Shown here: positions 55,298 through 64,000 of the stretch, piece after piece | How positions within the stretch are numbered: position 1 is the stretch's first letter | Layout: every line of letters starts with the position of its first letter | Source: a virus | Lineage: Duplodnaviria; Caudoviricetes | Length of the DNA: 64,000 nucleotides | Reading direction: 5' to 3' (one strand) | Virus record (IMG/VR): IMGVR_UViG_3300049792_000048 | Location: 1 to 64,000 of that record | Position numbers and translations under genes: made by a program | Notes under the pieces: model-generated | The model's input: the letters and a program-made list of their open reading frames with translations, nothing else | Told to the model about the DNA's origin: nothing | Database searches by the model: none

Positions 55298-55836
55298 CCG
55301 TTTCCCGAGGCGAGCTCACCGATGCTCTTCCCCGCGAACTCGGCGAGGACGTCGGCGTCCGCCGCGAGCTGGAGGCTGTCCGCCATGCTCGGGTTCAGGA
55401 GGATGAGCTTCAGGAGCGTCTCGACGTTCGTGGACGTGACCGCGAGGCTGTCGAGCTTCGCGTCCATCTCCGCGAGCTTGGCGATGACGGGACCGAGGTC
55501 GACGCTGCCACCTCCTCCGCCCGTGCTCGCCGTCGTGGTGGTCTTGGCGCCCGCAGCAGCGGCCGGTGCCGCCGCCTTCTTCGCCCCCGCGGGAGCCGCA
55601 GCCGTCTTCTTCGCCCCCGTCGTCGAACCCGGGACGCGCTCCTCCTGGATCTGCGCGATCCGCTGCGCCCGCTCCGTCGGCTGCATGCGGGCGTACTCCG
55701 TCGCCGGCACCTTCAGCTCCTTCAGCGCGGCCACGATCGCCTCGCGGGAGTCCTTCTCGGTCCAGGTGGCACCGAGCTGCTCCCACTCGGTCGCCGTGCG
55801 CATCGGGATGTTCTCCGGCCATTTCGCGTTGCTCAT
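55294..55836 (-). CDS. hypothetical protein with Ala/Lys-rich linker and coiled coil
   Basis: GAGG SD; AKKTAAAPAGAKKAAAP; ends TCG GGA AAC GGC TGA. Confidence 0.7.
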   Translation of the reverse strand: MSNAKWPENIPMRTATEWEQLGATWTEKDSREAIVAALKELKVPATEYARMQPTERAQRIAQIQEERVPGSTTGAKKTAAAPAGAKKAAAPAAAAGAKTTTTASTGGGGGSVDLGPVIAKLAEMDAKLDSLAVTSTNVETLLKLILLNPSMADSLQLAADADVLAEFAGKSIGELASGNG

Positions 55837-56186
55837 GTCGTCGATCCTCTCTTCTTTGTGTCCAGAACCAGATTACGGTGATTGTCCAACGTGCACTCCG
55901 CGACCTGAACATCAGGACACGAAAAGCACGCATGGGGCTTGCGCGACTTCATGGGGCACGAGATCAGGGGAGACACCTGATCCCAGTGCGAGTCGCAGTA
56001 CTTGAAGATGGTCGCCCTCCAGATGTCAATGTGACGTTCCGGAAGTTCGACTTCCTCGCCTCGGATGATGGCGTAGAGCACTTCACGCGGAAGTCCGCGA
56101 TGGGCTCCCGGGTTCATGTACCAGGCCATCATCCCGAGCTCCGACGCATTGAGCTCGTCGAGGAAACTCCAACTTGCGTCAGCCAC
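55833..56186 (-). CDS. small Cys-rich protein
   Basis: GTG with GGAG SD; CPM..ACFSCPD..EC. Confidence 0.6.
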   Translation of the reverse strand: MADASWSFLDELNASELGMMAWYMNPGAHRGLPREVLYAIIRGEEVELPERHIDIWRATIFKYCDSHWDQVSPLISCPMKSRKPHACFSCPDVQVAECTLDNHRNLVLDTKKRGSTT

Positions 56187-56430
56187 CGGCCGCTCCAGTT
56201 GCGACGAGCGTGAGCTCGCCTTGGCTGAACGGACAGTGCTGGCACCGCGACTTGAAGTACTGCGTCACGCACAGCGTGCGACTGACGAGGCGCCTCTTGC
56301 CGCTTTCCACGACGAATGTCGTGGCTCCTTTGCCCGTTGGCTTGAACGTGGACCCACTTGCGTAACAGACGCCGTACTTGGGCGAGGTCTGCTCCGCAGC
56401 CAGGTCAACGATCTCGGTGGTCTTGCTCAT
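56179..56430 (-). CDS. small Zn-binding protein
   Basis: C..C..CQHC. Confidence 0.55.
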   Translation of the reverse strand: MSKTTEIVDLAAEQTSPKYGVCYASGSTFKPTGKGATTFVVESGKRRLVSRTLCVTQYFKSRCQHCPFSQGELTLVATGAAGG

Positions 56431-56973
56431 TCAGGGGTGCACGATGTAGATCAACTCGGTCCTCGGCCTCTTGGGGTCTTCGCCCTTGTGGATAAGGTGG
56501 TTGATGTTGTTGCAGTCGTCGATTCCACAGCCTCTGGCCACGGCGTCCTCGGCGAGCTTGATGTAGTTGGACGAGTCTTGCTTCTTGTGGGGCTGCGCGA
56601 GCCCACCTTTCTCAGTCTTTGCGTTCGGCTTCCAGGACTTGTTCTTCATCTGCTCGAAGTACAGTGCGAGGAGCAAGGTGGCCCCTCCACCTTCCTGATA
56701 GACCAGCCGGTGTGCCGATTTCCAATCGTGCGTGGATCGCGCCACAGCAGAGGCCAAAGCGTCTCTATAGGCCTTCCCGGCGTTGGTCAAGGCCTTCTTG
56801 CCGTGGAAGGTGGAGTACAGCAGGTTGATGCTGACTGGCTGGGGGTCTTCGATGACAGCGCCCACGAAAACAGCGTTCCCGTAGGCCAACATGAAGTGGT
56901 TCAGGAGGGCATCCAGAACCGGGTTCGGCGTGATCATGTTGAGGTCGCCGTGACCTTGAACTACGAGACTCAC
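56431..56973 (-). CDS. rusA: RusA-family Holliday junction resolvase
   Basis: PVSIN..KQDSSNYIKLAEDA..IDD..PRTE. Confidence 0.75.
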   Translation of the reverse strand: MSLVVQGHGDLNMITPNPVLDALLNHFMLAYGNAVFVGAVIEDPQPVSINLLYSTFHGKKALTNAGKAYRDALASAVARSTHDWKSAHRLVYQEGGGATLLLALYFEQMKNKSWKPNAKTEKGGLAQPHKKQDSSNYIKLAEDAVARGCGIDDCNNINHLIHKGEDPKRPRTELIYIVHP

Positions 56974-57617
56974 CGCTTCTTCCCGGCGCCGAAGCCTCCG
57001 GGGGTGGCCGGCCGCTTCCCCCCGAACCCGATGTTGCCATCCCGACGAACCTGCTCGAAGTCGAGCTTGCGGAGCTCGATGGTTCGGGACAGGGCGGCCG
57101 CCTTCGAGACGTAGCCCCGGTAGCGCCTCTTCATGATGGCCTTCATGAAGAAGAGCCGCATGTGCTCCAGGTCGAGGGCTCGGTAGAGCTCGTCGCTGAT
57201 CGCCGCGGAAGTGGCCTCGGGACCCTTCAGGCCGCGGACGAATGCAGCCTCCTTCAGCTCGGCGAGGGTGTCCCTCAACAGCTTCTTGGCGGACTCCTCC
57301 ATGCCCTCGATCTTGGCGAGCTCGTCCCCGATGTACGAGGCATAGGCCACGTACTGCGTGTAGAGCGAACCGAGGTCGGCGTTCGTGAGTAGAGCGGTGT
57401 CCATGTCCGCGAGCTCGGCAGGATGGTTCTTCGGCCGAGGAGGTTCAGGGATGCCACGGCGAAGCAAATCGGCTTCGACGTCACGCAGGATGTTGTCGAT
57501 CTTCTCCTTGGCGTGGCGCACCTTCCCCTCGTCGATGATGGGGGTGCGGCCCAGGTTGAGGCCACCCGGCTGGGCTTCCTCTTCCTCCTCGTTCTCCAAC
57601 TCGTCTTCGTCGCTCAT
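56970..57617 (-). CDS. helical hypothetical protein (UvsY-like position)
   Basis: Acidic N-terminus, long helices; within recombination operon. Confidence 0.55.
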   Translation of the reverse strand: MSDEDELENEEEEEAQPGGLNLGRTPIIDEGKVRHAKEKIDNILRDVEADLLRRGIPEPPRPKNHPAELADMDTALLTNADLGSLYTQYVAYASYIGDELAKIEGMEESAKKLLRDTLAELKEAAFVRGLKGPEATSAAISDELYRALDLEHMRLFFMKAIMKRRYRGYVSKAAALSRTIELRKLDFEQVRRDGNIGFGGKRPATPGGFGAGKKR

Positions 57618-58429
57618 TTACGACCGAACCCTTTCCTGCGAACCTGCGCGAGTTTCTGTTGGTTGCGTACCTTCTCCAAGGTGTCGGGCTTGCAGGTGTG
57701 TCCGTACTCGCAACGAGGACACATGTAGAAGCTCTCCTCGCGGTCGGGGAGCGTCCCGGCATCAGCATGCCCACGCTGATTGATGAACCTGTCGATGGCC
57801 GCGTTGAGACTGTCGTCGCTGGCGGCGCTGCGGAACACCTTACGGCGGCTGTTGTTCTTGTTGTAGTACCAGAACCACAGGATGGGCATGTCGTAGCGGA
57901 AGGCGTAGAGATTCGCCTGCATGAGGTGGTCCGGCTTCGGCTTCCTCAACGCATTGAAGTGCTCGTCCTTGATTGTCTTGATCTCGACGATTCCACGCTG
58001 CGTCCAGCCCTCGATGGTGTGGTGGAGCTCCAGGATGCCGTCTGTCGTCCCGCCAATCCCGAGGTCTTGGTACAGTGTGTCGGTGTCGTGGTCGAAGGGG
58101 ACTTCCGGCCTGAAGGTGTACTCGATGCCTTGCGGCGTGAGCACACGGTCCAGGTCCCCGAGGATGGTCTGGACAAGATGATGTACGGCGTGCCCGATTC
58201 GGAAGATCTCCATGTCCTCGGCCTTGGCGGCTTGGACGCGGGGTGTCCCGATGTACTCGTAGACGTTCCGACGAGGGCACATTCCCACCGCGGAGGGATG
58301 GAAGTGCCCACGACGATCATCTTGGGGCTGGCTCTCCACCCAGTCGACGTACGACTTCTCCAAGTCGAAGACCTGGGTCTCGGTGTCCGTGATGGAGAAG
58401 CGATCTGCTCGCGTGATGGCGTTCAGCAT
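57614..58429 (-). CDS. Cas4-like PD-(D/E)XK exonuclease with 4-Cys Fe-S motif
   Basis: HPS..CPR, G..VH, GTTDG..VEIKT, QANLY, CPRCEY..C. Confidence 0.85.
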   Translation of the reverse strand: MLNAITRADRFSITDTETQVFDLEKSYVDWVESQPQDDRRGHFHPSAVGMCPRRNVYEYIGTPRVQAAKAEDMEIFRIGHAVHHLVQTILGDLDRVLTPQGIEYTFRPEVPFDHDTDTLYQDLGIGGTTDGILELHHTIEGWTQRGIVEIKTIKDEHFNALRKPKPDHLMQANLYAFRYDMPILWFWYYNKNNSRRKVFRSAASDDSLNAAIDRFINQRGHADAGTLPDREESFYMCPRCEYGHTCKPDTLEKVRNQQKLAQVRRKGFGRK

Positions 58430-58935
58430 GCGTCCTCCGAGAGGCTGATGAATGTGGTGGCGGGCATGGCGACGAAGTGGTGCAGGATCCTATGGGTATC
58501 CTGGATGGCGAAGTGGAGACGGTCCGCCTCGGTCAGGACTGACAGCCACCCCTCCTTCGAGAAGGTGCGGCCCTTCTTCACCCCCAGCTCGATCTTCATC
58601 GTCGCCAGGCTGTTGGGCCAGAGCCCGATGTAGTCCTCCATCCGCAGCACGACGAACTCGGCGCCATGCAACTTCATGTGGAAGACTGCGATCTCGTTCG
58701 CCGAGATAGCGGCATTGCGGAGCTTCTCCCATTCCACGTACATGAACCTGTACTTACCCGTGGGAGGGCACTTCGTCTCGATCCGGAACCTGCCAGGGAC
58801 TCGTCCATCGGCTTTCTCCAGACCTGACCCCGACGCGGCCGTGGGCCTCCCTCCGAGCTGTGACACGAACTTCTTCGTGGCTCGGAGGGACCCGCGGACG
58901 GTCTGTTTCGCCGTCTTCTTCACACGAACCTGCAC
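58423..58935 (-). CDS. PD-(D/E)XK Holliday junction resolvase-like nuclease
   Basis: ASGSG.EKADG..RIETK..WEKL..A. Confidence 0.65.
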   Translation of the reverse strand: MQVRVKKTAKQTVRGSLRATKKFVSQLGGRPTAASGSGLEKADGRVPGRFRIETKCPPTGKYRFMYVEWEKLRNAAISANEIAVFHMKLHGAEFVVLRMEDYIGLWPNSLATMKIELGVKKGRTFSKEGWLSVLTEADRLHFAIQDTHRILHHFVAMPATTFISLSEDAC

Positions 58936-60245
58936 GAGATCTTCGCGGCAGCGATGACCTTCTGATAGATCGCCGCCGACACGTCGGGCTTCGTGAGAGG
59001 GGTGCGGGCGGCATTGGCGCCCTGGACGTGGAAGGAGAGCTCGGCGTTCTCGTCTTCGTACGAGTACCAGGCGCCAGCTTGCTCGATGATCCCGAAGCGG
59101 ACGCCAGCCGAGAGGAGGCTGGAGGGGATGTCCGCACCGAAGTCGTAGTAGAACTCGTACGACCCTTTCAGGCCGTCGTGAGTCCCGAGCTTGCCCTTGG
59201 TGAGCTCCCAGTTGATGGTGCGGCCGATCTGCGTAGGCGGATCATCGGCCTTGTCGACGATGGTGGGGCCCTTGTGCAGCATCAAGTCGATGGCCTTGCC
59301 ATGGGCGAGAGCACGCGACCCGCTGCCGGGCTGATACTTCATGTGCTGCGGGACCGGGACACCCGGCTTCATCCGCACTTGATCACGATTCGCACGAACC
59401 TGGTTCGTCGCGATGAGAGTGGTCTCGTTCCTGCCGCCGAGCTCGGTGGTCCGATTCAGCAACATGAACATCTTCGGGATGAAGCGGGAGAGGAGCTGAG
59501 CCTCGCTGCTCTGGATGGCGTGCTCGGACACACTCTCAGTGTCCTCCTTCGCCTGCGTCTCGAAGACGCCGAGGGAGTTGATGGCGATCATCTGGAACAT
59601 GCCTGTGGAGAGGCACTCCAAGACCAAGTCGAGACCGTGGTCCACGATGAGACCCTGAATGAGGTAGATGTTGCCTACCTGCGTCTGGAGCTCGGTGATC
59701 TCCTCGTCCGTGAGAGGAGGCTGCCCGCGTTGCAGGCGGGAGAGCTGCTTCTCTGCGATCTCCTCGTCGGTGTCCGCAACCCTGACTCCGCACTTCTCAC
59801 GTGCGAAGTCCTTGTCATACGGAAACTCGGTCGAGAAGATCGCGACCTGCATGTTCTCGCCGTAGTTCTTCTGGAGCTCGCGGATCAGGCAGTTCAGGAT
59901 GTAGTCCTTGCCGGCACCATCTGGACCCGTGATGACGCTGAGAGCCCCTTCCGGGAAACCGCCGGCGAGGGCGATGTCCAAGTCGGGGATCCCAGTGGGA
60001 CGACGCAGCGAGTGGGAGGTCATGGCCTCCGACGCCCGTCGAATGACGACTGACTCGTGCTTGGCGTTCGTCGCCGCGATGATCTGGTTGATGCGTTCGC
60101 TTGGAGTGACCTGAGCCTTCTTGTCGGCCGCCTTCTTCTTGGGGACCGCCGGCTTCTTGCCCGCGTTCACCATCTCGGCAACCTTCGCCTTGGCCTTCTC
60201 ATTGTCCCTCTTCGCTTGCTTCCTCTGCTGTGTTTTCGACGCCAT
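58920..60245 (-). CDS. recA: RecA/UvsX-family recombinase with atypical Walker motifs
   Basis: PTGIPDLDIALAGGFPEG, GPDGAGKD, TE, INSL, TNQVR, PG..AL, GIIEQAGAWYSY. Confidence 0.9.
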   Translation of the reverse strand: MASKTQQRKQAKRDNEKAKAKVAEMVNAGKKPAVPKKKAADKKAQVTPSERINQIIAATNAKHESVVIRRASEAMTSHSLRRPTGIPDLDIALAGGFPEGALSVITGPDGAGKDYILNCLIRELQKNYGENMQVAIFSTEFPYDKDFAREKCGVRVADTDEEIAEKQLSRLQRGQPPLTDEEITELQTQVGNIYLIQGLIVDHGLDLVLECLSTGMFQMIAINSLGVFETQAKEDTESVSEHAIQSSEAQLLSRFIPKMFMLLNRTTELGGRNETTLIATNQVRANRDQVRMKPGVPVPQHMKYQPGSGSRALAHGKAIDLMLHKGPTIVDKADDPPTQIGRTINWELTKGKLGTHDGLKGSYEFYYDFGADIPSSLLSAGVRFGIIEQAGAWYSYEDENAELSFHVQGANAARTPLTKPDVSAAIYQKVIAAAKISCRFV

Positions 60246-60251
60246 CTTTCC

Positions 60252-62252
60252 TCACTTTGCTTCGTTCCAACGATGTGCCCGACCGATGTCGGGCGTGATG
60301 GGCACGGGGTACTCCATCTGGAGAGGCCCCCACTGAATCGGCTTGCCCATCAACTGCGCCATCACCTCAGCGCAATCCTTGGACGTGTCCTTCGGTGCTT
60401 CGCCTACCAACTCATCGTGAACGGTGAGCAGGAGCTCTCCACCGAGGCTCTTGAAGTTGGGGTCGTTGTCGACGAGCAGCATGGCGAGCTTCATCAGCTC
60501 AGCGGCGCTGCCCTGCACGTGCATGTTGTACGCCTGACGTTGTTCCTGAGCGATGATGCGGCCGTTGCTCAGGGGGCTTCCAATACGATGCAGTCGGCGC
60601 ATACGGCCGAACATCGTGAAGGAGTGCCCATTCTCCATGGCGTACCCATGGCAGAACATGATGTTGTCGTAGATCTTGGGGTAGGCGGAGAAGAAAGCAC
60701 TCTTCAGCTCGCCAGCGCGTTCCTTCGAGATGTTGAGTTGCAAGGCCATCTTGGTCTCTCCCTCTCCGAAGAGGGTGCCGAGACCGACGGTCTTTGACTC
60801 ATTTCGACGTGCGAGAACTTCCAGGTCGTACTTGGTCAGCTCTGACTTGGACTTCTTCTTGGCCGCAGCGACATCCTCATACGGGATGCCGAACATGTTC
60901 GTCGTGTTCGCATTGTGGATGTCCCAACCCCGATGGACTGCTTCCATCATCGACTCTTCTTGGGCTTGGACAGCAGCAACACGGAACTCGATCTGCGGAT
61001 AGTCACCGTCCAGGAGATCCTTGCCAGGAGACGACACGAACATCCCACGGATACCGTAGGGGTCGCTCTTCGGGTCGGGCCGCGGCAGGTTCTGCATGTT
61101 CGGGTCGGACGAGCTCAGACGTGATGTCCGAGCGCCGGCCTGGTTGTACCGGGTGTGAATACGTCCATCAGGACCGAGGTGGTCACCGATGTTCTTGACA
61201 TAGGTGCCGTGTAGCTTGACCAGCTTCTTCAGCTCCAGGAGCTTGAAGATGAACTTGCCGGCCATGCTATTGGAGCTTCGCTCCATGAGGATCTTGAGGG
61301 ACTTTTCGTCGGTACCCTCGACAGCTGCCTTCTTGCCGCCCTTCGTGTACTTCACGGGCTTCAAGTTGAACGTGCTGTTCCCTCCGTAGAGGATTTCTCG
61401 GAGCTGGTCCGAGGACTTCGGGTTGAACTGTCTCCCGATCATGTCGTGCAGCTCACGTGTCGCGGCAGCGATGCCGTTGCGCATGGGCTCATCGATCTTC
61501 TTCACGTAGTCGAGGTCGACGAGGATACCGCGGCGCTCCAAGTTCCAGAGCGTGCGGGTCATCGGGACTTCTAAAACCCGGAAGTAGTCGTACAGAGTCT
61601 CGAAGCCAGGAGCGATGTCCACGGGGAGCATCTCGCTCGCAAGCTGGTTCGCAAGGTCCTGATGCAAGAGGAACGTGAAGTAGGCGTCGCAGCTCGCGTA
61701 GTCGATGAGCAACTGCGGAGCCTGGTTGTAGACGTACAGGAGCTTGTCGCCCCCGGTCATCTTCTTGAAGTCGCGGAACGCGTTCTTGTCGAGCCCGAGC
61801 TTCTGACTCACCACGAGCGGGTCGAGGAAGAGCTCCTTGAACTCACCCCACTTCGCTTCGTAGGACAGCCATGCCTGGTCCTTGAGACCGTGCGGGCGTG
61901 TGTCGTCCATCATCGCGTCCATGACGATGATGTCGAAGACCTCTCCGGCGATGACGATGCCGGCATTGCGAAGCAGATGCAGGTCGTACTTCGCATTCGC
62001 CATGCACCAACTGACGTCGGTACGGGCGAACAGAGGCTCGAATGCGTAGATGAACTCCGCGGGGAAGCACCACCGATTGTCCTCGGTAGCCATCGACCAG
62101 AAGAGGATTCGATCCTCCATGATCTTCAGACCGGTCGTCTCGGTGTCGATGGCGATGGTACCCCCGCGCTGCATCAGGAGACGCAACACGGGGATACATC
62201 CCTCCCACGACCGGACTTCCTCTACCGGGGGCAGCAGACGAAGCCTGGGCAT
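60252..62252 (-). CDS. polA: family A DNA polymerase with 3'-5' exonuclease, no 5'-3' exonuclease
   Basis: DTETTG, NAKYD, YASCD; TSRLSSSDPNMQNLP; DYPQIEFR; RNESKTVGLGTLFG; TVHDEL. Confidence 0.95.
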   Translation of the reverse strand: MPRLRLLPPVEEVRSWEGCIPVLRLLMQRGGTIAIDTETTGLKIMEDRILFWSMATEDNRWCFPAEFIYAFEPLFARTDVSWCMANAKYDLHLLRNAGIVIAGEVFDIIVMDAMMDDTRPHGLKDQAWLSYEAKWGEFKELFLDPLVVSQKLGLDKNAFRDFKKMTGGDKLLYVYNQAPQLLIDYASCDAYFTFLLHQDLANQLASEMLPVDIAPGFETLYDYFRVLEVPMTRTLWNLERRGILVDLDYVKKIDEPMRNGIAAATRELHDMIGRQFNPKSSDQLREILYGGNSTFNLKPVKYTKGGKKAAVEGTDEKSLKILMERSSNSMAGKFIFKLLELKKLVKLHGTYVKNIGDHLGPDGRIHTRYNQAGARTSRLSSSDPNMQNLPRPDPKSDPYGIRGMFVSSPGKDLLDGDYPQIEFRVAAVQAQEESMMEAVHRGWDIHNANTTNMFGIPYEDVAAAKKKSKSELTKYDLEVLARRNESKTVGLGTLFGEGETKMALQLNISKERAGELKSAFFSAYPKIYDNIMFCHGYAMENGHSFTMFGRMRRLHRIGSPLSNGRIIAQEQRQAYNMHVQGSAAELMKLAMLLVDNDPNFKSLGGELLLTVHDELVGEAPKDTSKDCAEVMAQLMGKPIQWGPLQMEYPVPITPDIGRAHRWNEAK

Positions 62253-62263
62253 GCCCCTTCAGC

Positions 62264-63517
62264 TCAGCTCGACGCGTCGTCGCTGAAGGACATCTGATCG
62301 GCGTCGCCCTCTTCCTGGCCGTAGGGCTGGCTCTCCTTCTTCTGGAGGTGGTAGCCCGCATCGACGGCCTTGAGATCGTCCGGCAGCGTCCAGGCCTGCT
62401 GGTCGATGTTGTCCGGGGCCAGGATCGTCACGATGTCGAGAGGGCTCATGACGAGCTCCGAGATGCGCTCCGCCCAGGTCGGGTTCTTCTCGAAGATCTG
62501 GACGTAGTTCGGAACGCGGAAGCCTTCCAGCTTCAGGTCCGACTTCTTGTCGTCGATCGGCACCGTCTTCAGGCGCAGGTCGAACTTGAGGATCGACCCT
62601 TCCTCCGGAGCATCGCAGCCGGTGCACAGGATGACCGGCAGGCAGCACTCCTCGGTGCCGCATGCGTTGCACTTGATCTTCTGTTCGCGAAGAGCACGAA
62701 GATCCGAGCCCGTGACGCCCTCTGGGATCTCGAAGGTGACGGCGTCGCACTCCGAGCAGTGCATCTCCGTGGTCATGAGGTCGCTTGCGCAGTTCGCGCA
62801 GGAGTTCCAGAGGTCCATGTCCATCTCCGCGAGCTGCGCGAGGTGGACGGGGCCGAAGCTCCAGTGGAAGTTGCGCCCGAACTCGTAGGGCATCGTTGCG
62901 TGCTTCGTGATGGGGACACCACTGAGCGGGGCCGGCAGGAACGTGGTGAGGTCCTGGCCGTTCTTGCTCTTGCGGGGCTTGCCATCCTTCATGAGCGGCA
63001 TCTCGAAGATCTTCTCGACGCACGTCGTCGCCATGCCGTAGCGCGTGCTGGCCTGGACCGGCGGGGACTTCCGCTTCTCCTCATCTTTCACGGACGTCGC
63101 CTTCTCCTGTTCACGCAGGATGTCGTAGAACTTCGCGCGGATCGCACAGCCGCGGCATGGCATGTCACGGCCGGGGCCGGACGAGCAGATGAACGGACGC
63201 TTGCGCGCCACGACGTAGTGCCCGGTGTACTCGAACCAGGGACGAGCCGGGTAGTCCGGCGTCGGGTTCTCCTGCGTCGGAGCCTTCGTCTCGATGAGCG
63301 TCTTGTCCTCACGGCTGTAGAGGAGCTGCTCGTAGAGCTGGTCGGGGTTGAGCCGCACCCAGATCGGCGAGGTGCCGAGCACGAGACGGTCGAATGCCCC
63401 ATCGGGGCGCTTGAACTGCGTACGGGCCGAGGCCGCCTTCGCCGCCTTCGCCGAGTTGGCGAACCGGGCCTGGGGGACGTGACCGCGCATGCGGGGCTGG
63501 AAGCTGTTGTTGCTCAT
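62264..63517 (-). CDS. probable single-stranded DNA-binding protein with Zn-binding insert
   Basis: H..C..C..C motif, several CxxC pairs, acidic C-terminal tail; between primase and polymerase. Confidence 0.55.
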   Translation of the reverse strand: MSNNSFQPRMRGHVPQARFANSAKAAKAASARTQFKRPDGAFDRLVLGTSPIWVRLNPDQLYEQLLYSREDKTLIETKAPTQENPTPDYPARPWFEYTGHYVVARKRPFICSSGPGRDMPCRGCAIRAKFYDILREQEKATSVKDEEKRKSPPVQASTRYGMATTCVEKIFEMPLMKDGKPRKSKNGQDLTTFLPAPLSGVPITKHATMPYEFGRNFHWSFGPVHLAQLAEMDMDLWNSCANCASDLMTTEMHCSECDAVTFEIPEGVTGSDLRALREQKIKCNACGTEECCLPVILCTGCDAPEEGSILKFDLRLKTVPIDDKKSDLKLEGFRVPNYVQIFEKNPTWAERISELVMSPLDIVTILAPDNIDQQAWTLPDDLKAVDAGYHLQKKESQPYGQEEGDADQMSFSDDASS

Positions 63518-64000
63518 GATGTTCTCTTTTCTCTGTTCTCTGATTTCCACTGCACGTAGTACGAGGCACTGCTTATCGAGGACTGAATCTCTGCTTCTTG
63601 AAGTTGATCTGCTTGTTGTCTTAGGTCTGGGTACTTAGCGACTTTTACGATGTTCTTGCTTACGAGTAGTTTCCCTGCGGCGTGCGTTCCTTTGTGTCCT
63701 GCTTCGTTGTTGTCGAGGAAGAGCGTGACTTCACTCGCAGTGCGGGCGAGGAGCTCTGCCTGGAGTTTGGTTAGGTGTGCTCCGATGAGAGCGACGACGT
63801 TGTGGTAGCCCATCTGCCAGATCCACATCGCGGCCTTGAAGCCCTCGCACACGATGATGGGAGAGCGGTCCCGAAAGCAGATCGGGAAGATGAGGTGGGC
63901 ATGCCAGAGGAGCGCACCCTTGATAGACGCCATCGAGTACTTCGGACTGACACCGAACCGGGCCAGGTCCTTCTCGGAGTAAATCTTGTACCGAGGTTCG
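63514..64000 (-). CDS. DNA primase (TOPRIM domain), 5'-truncated
   Basis: IIVCEG..GYHNVVALIG..LFLDNNEAG..YP; frame open to window end. Confidence 0.85.
   Translation of the reverse strand, partial: EPRYKIYSEKDLARFGVSPKYSMASIKGALLWHAHLIFPICFRDRSPIIVCEGFKAAMWIWQMGYHNVVALIGAHLTKLQAELLARTASEVTLFLDNNEAGHKGTHAAGKLLVSKNIVKVAKYPDLRQQADQLQEAEIQSSISSASYYVQWKSENREKRTS

Noticed and set aside
56695-56701. CTATCAG copy inside rusA
   Set aside because: Far from any start codon; likely a chance coding occurrence.
57614-58429. CRISPR-Cas system
   Set aside because: Solo Cas4-like nuclease within a recombination operon; no repeat-spacer array or other cas genes seen.
58920-62252. Inteins or introns in recA and polA
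   Set aside because: Lengths are normal, motifs are contiguous and no intein splice signature was seen.
1-64000. Genome-wide TAG reassignment (code 15)
   Set aside because: Long structural and replication ORFs are uninterrupted under code 11, gene packing is tight, and TAG occurs at plausible gene ends.

Overview
This window is 64 kb of a large, GC-rich (roughly 60%+ by eye) tailed dsDNA bacteriophage, probably a jumbo myovirus. The host is tentatively a myxobacterium (inference only). The + strand carries virion genes: beta-helix tailspike, tail fibres, probable tape measure, baseplate hub/wedge/J-like proteins and a holin/spanin-like lysis cassette. It also carries a sigma-70-family factor, an SNF2 helicase and a complete cytoplasmic two-component cassette (PAS histidine kinase plus two receivers). 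The - strand carries accessory islands (dNMP kinase, HNH endonucleases, NADAR fusion, methyltransferase-like protein) and a replication/recombination module (primase, SSB, family A polymerase, RecA, Cas4-like nuclease, two resolvases). The most striking features concern translation. (1) An amber-suppressor tRNA (anticodon CUA) sits in a genome whose long genes read normally in code 11. (2) About 2 kb away, a mini-ORF (MTWT-UAG) has a read-through frame that encodes an RGPP ribosome-arrest-like motif and ends overlapping the start of an operon containing a Pth2-type peptidyl-tRNA hydrolase. (3) An in-frame G_GGA_AAC -1 slippery site opens an otherwise start-less 74-codon ORF. Three recurrent regulatory motifs are also visible: a CTATCAG upstream element, TAnnnT hexamers 6-10 nt before SD-less start codons (leaderless-like), and terminator hairpins ending in TTT(T)GCC. 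All function calls come from motif recognition by eye; no searches were run.
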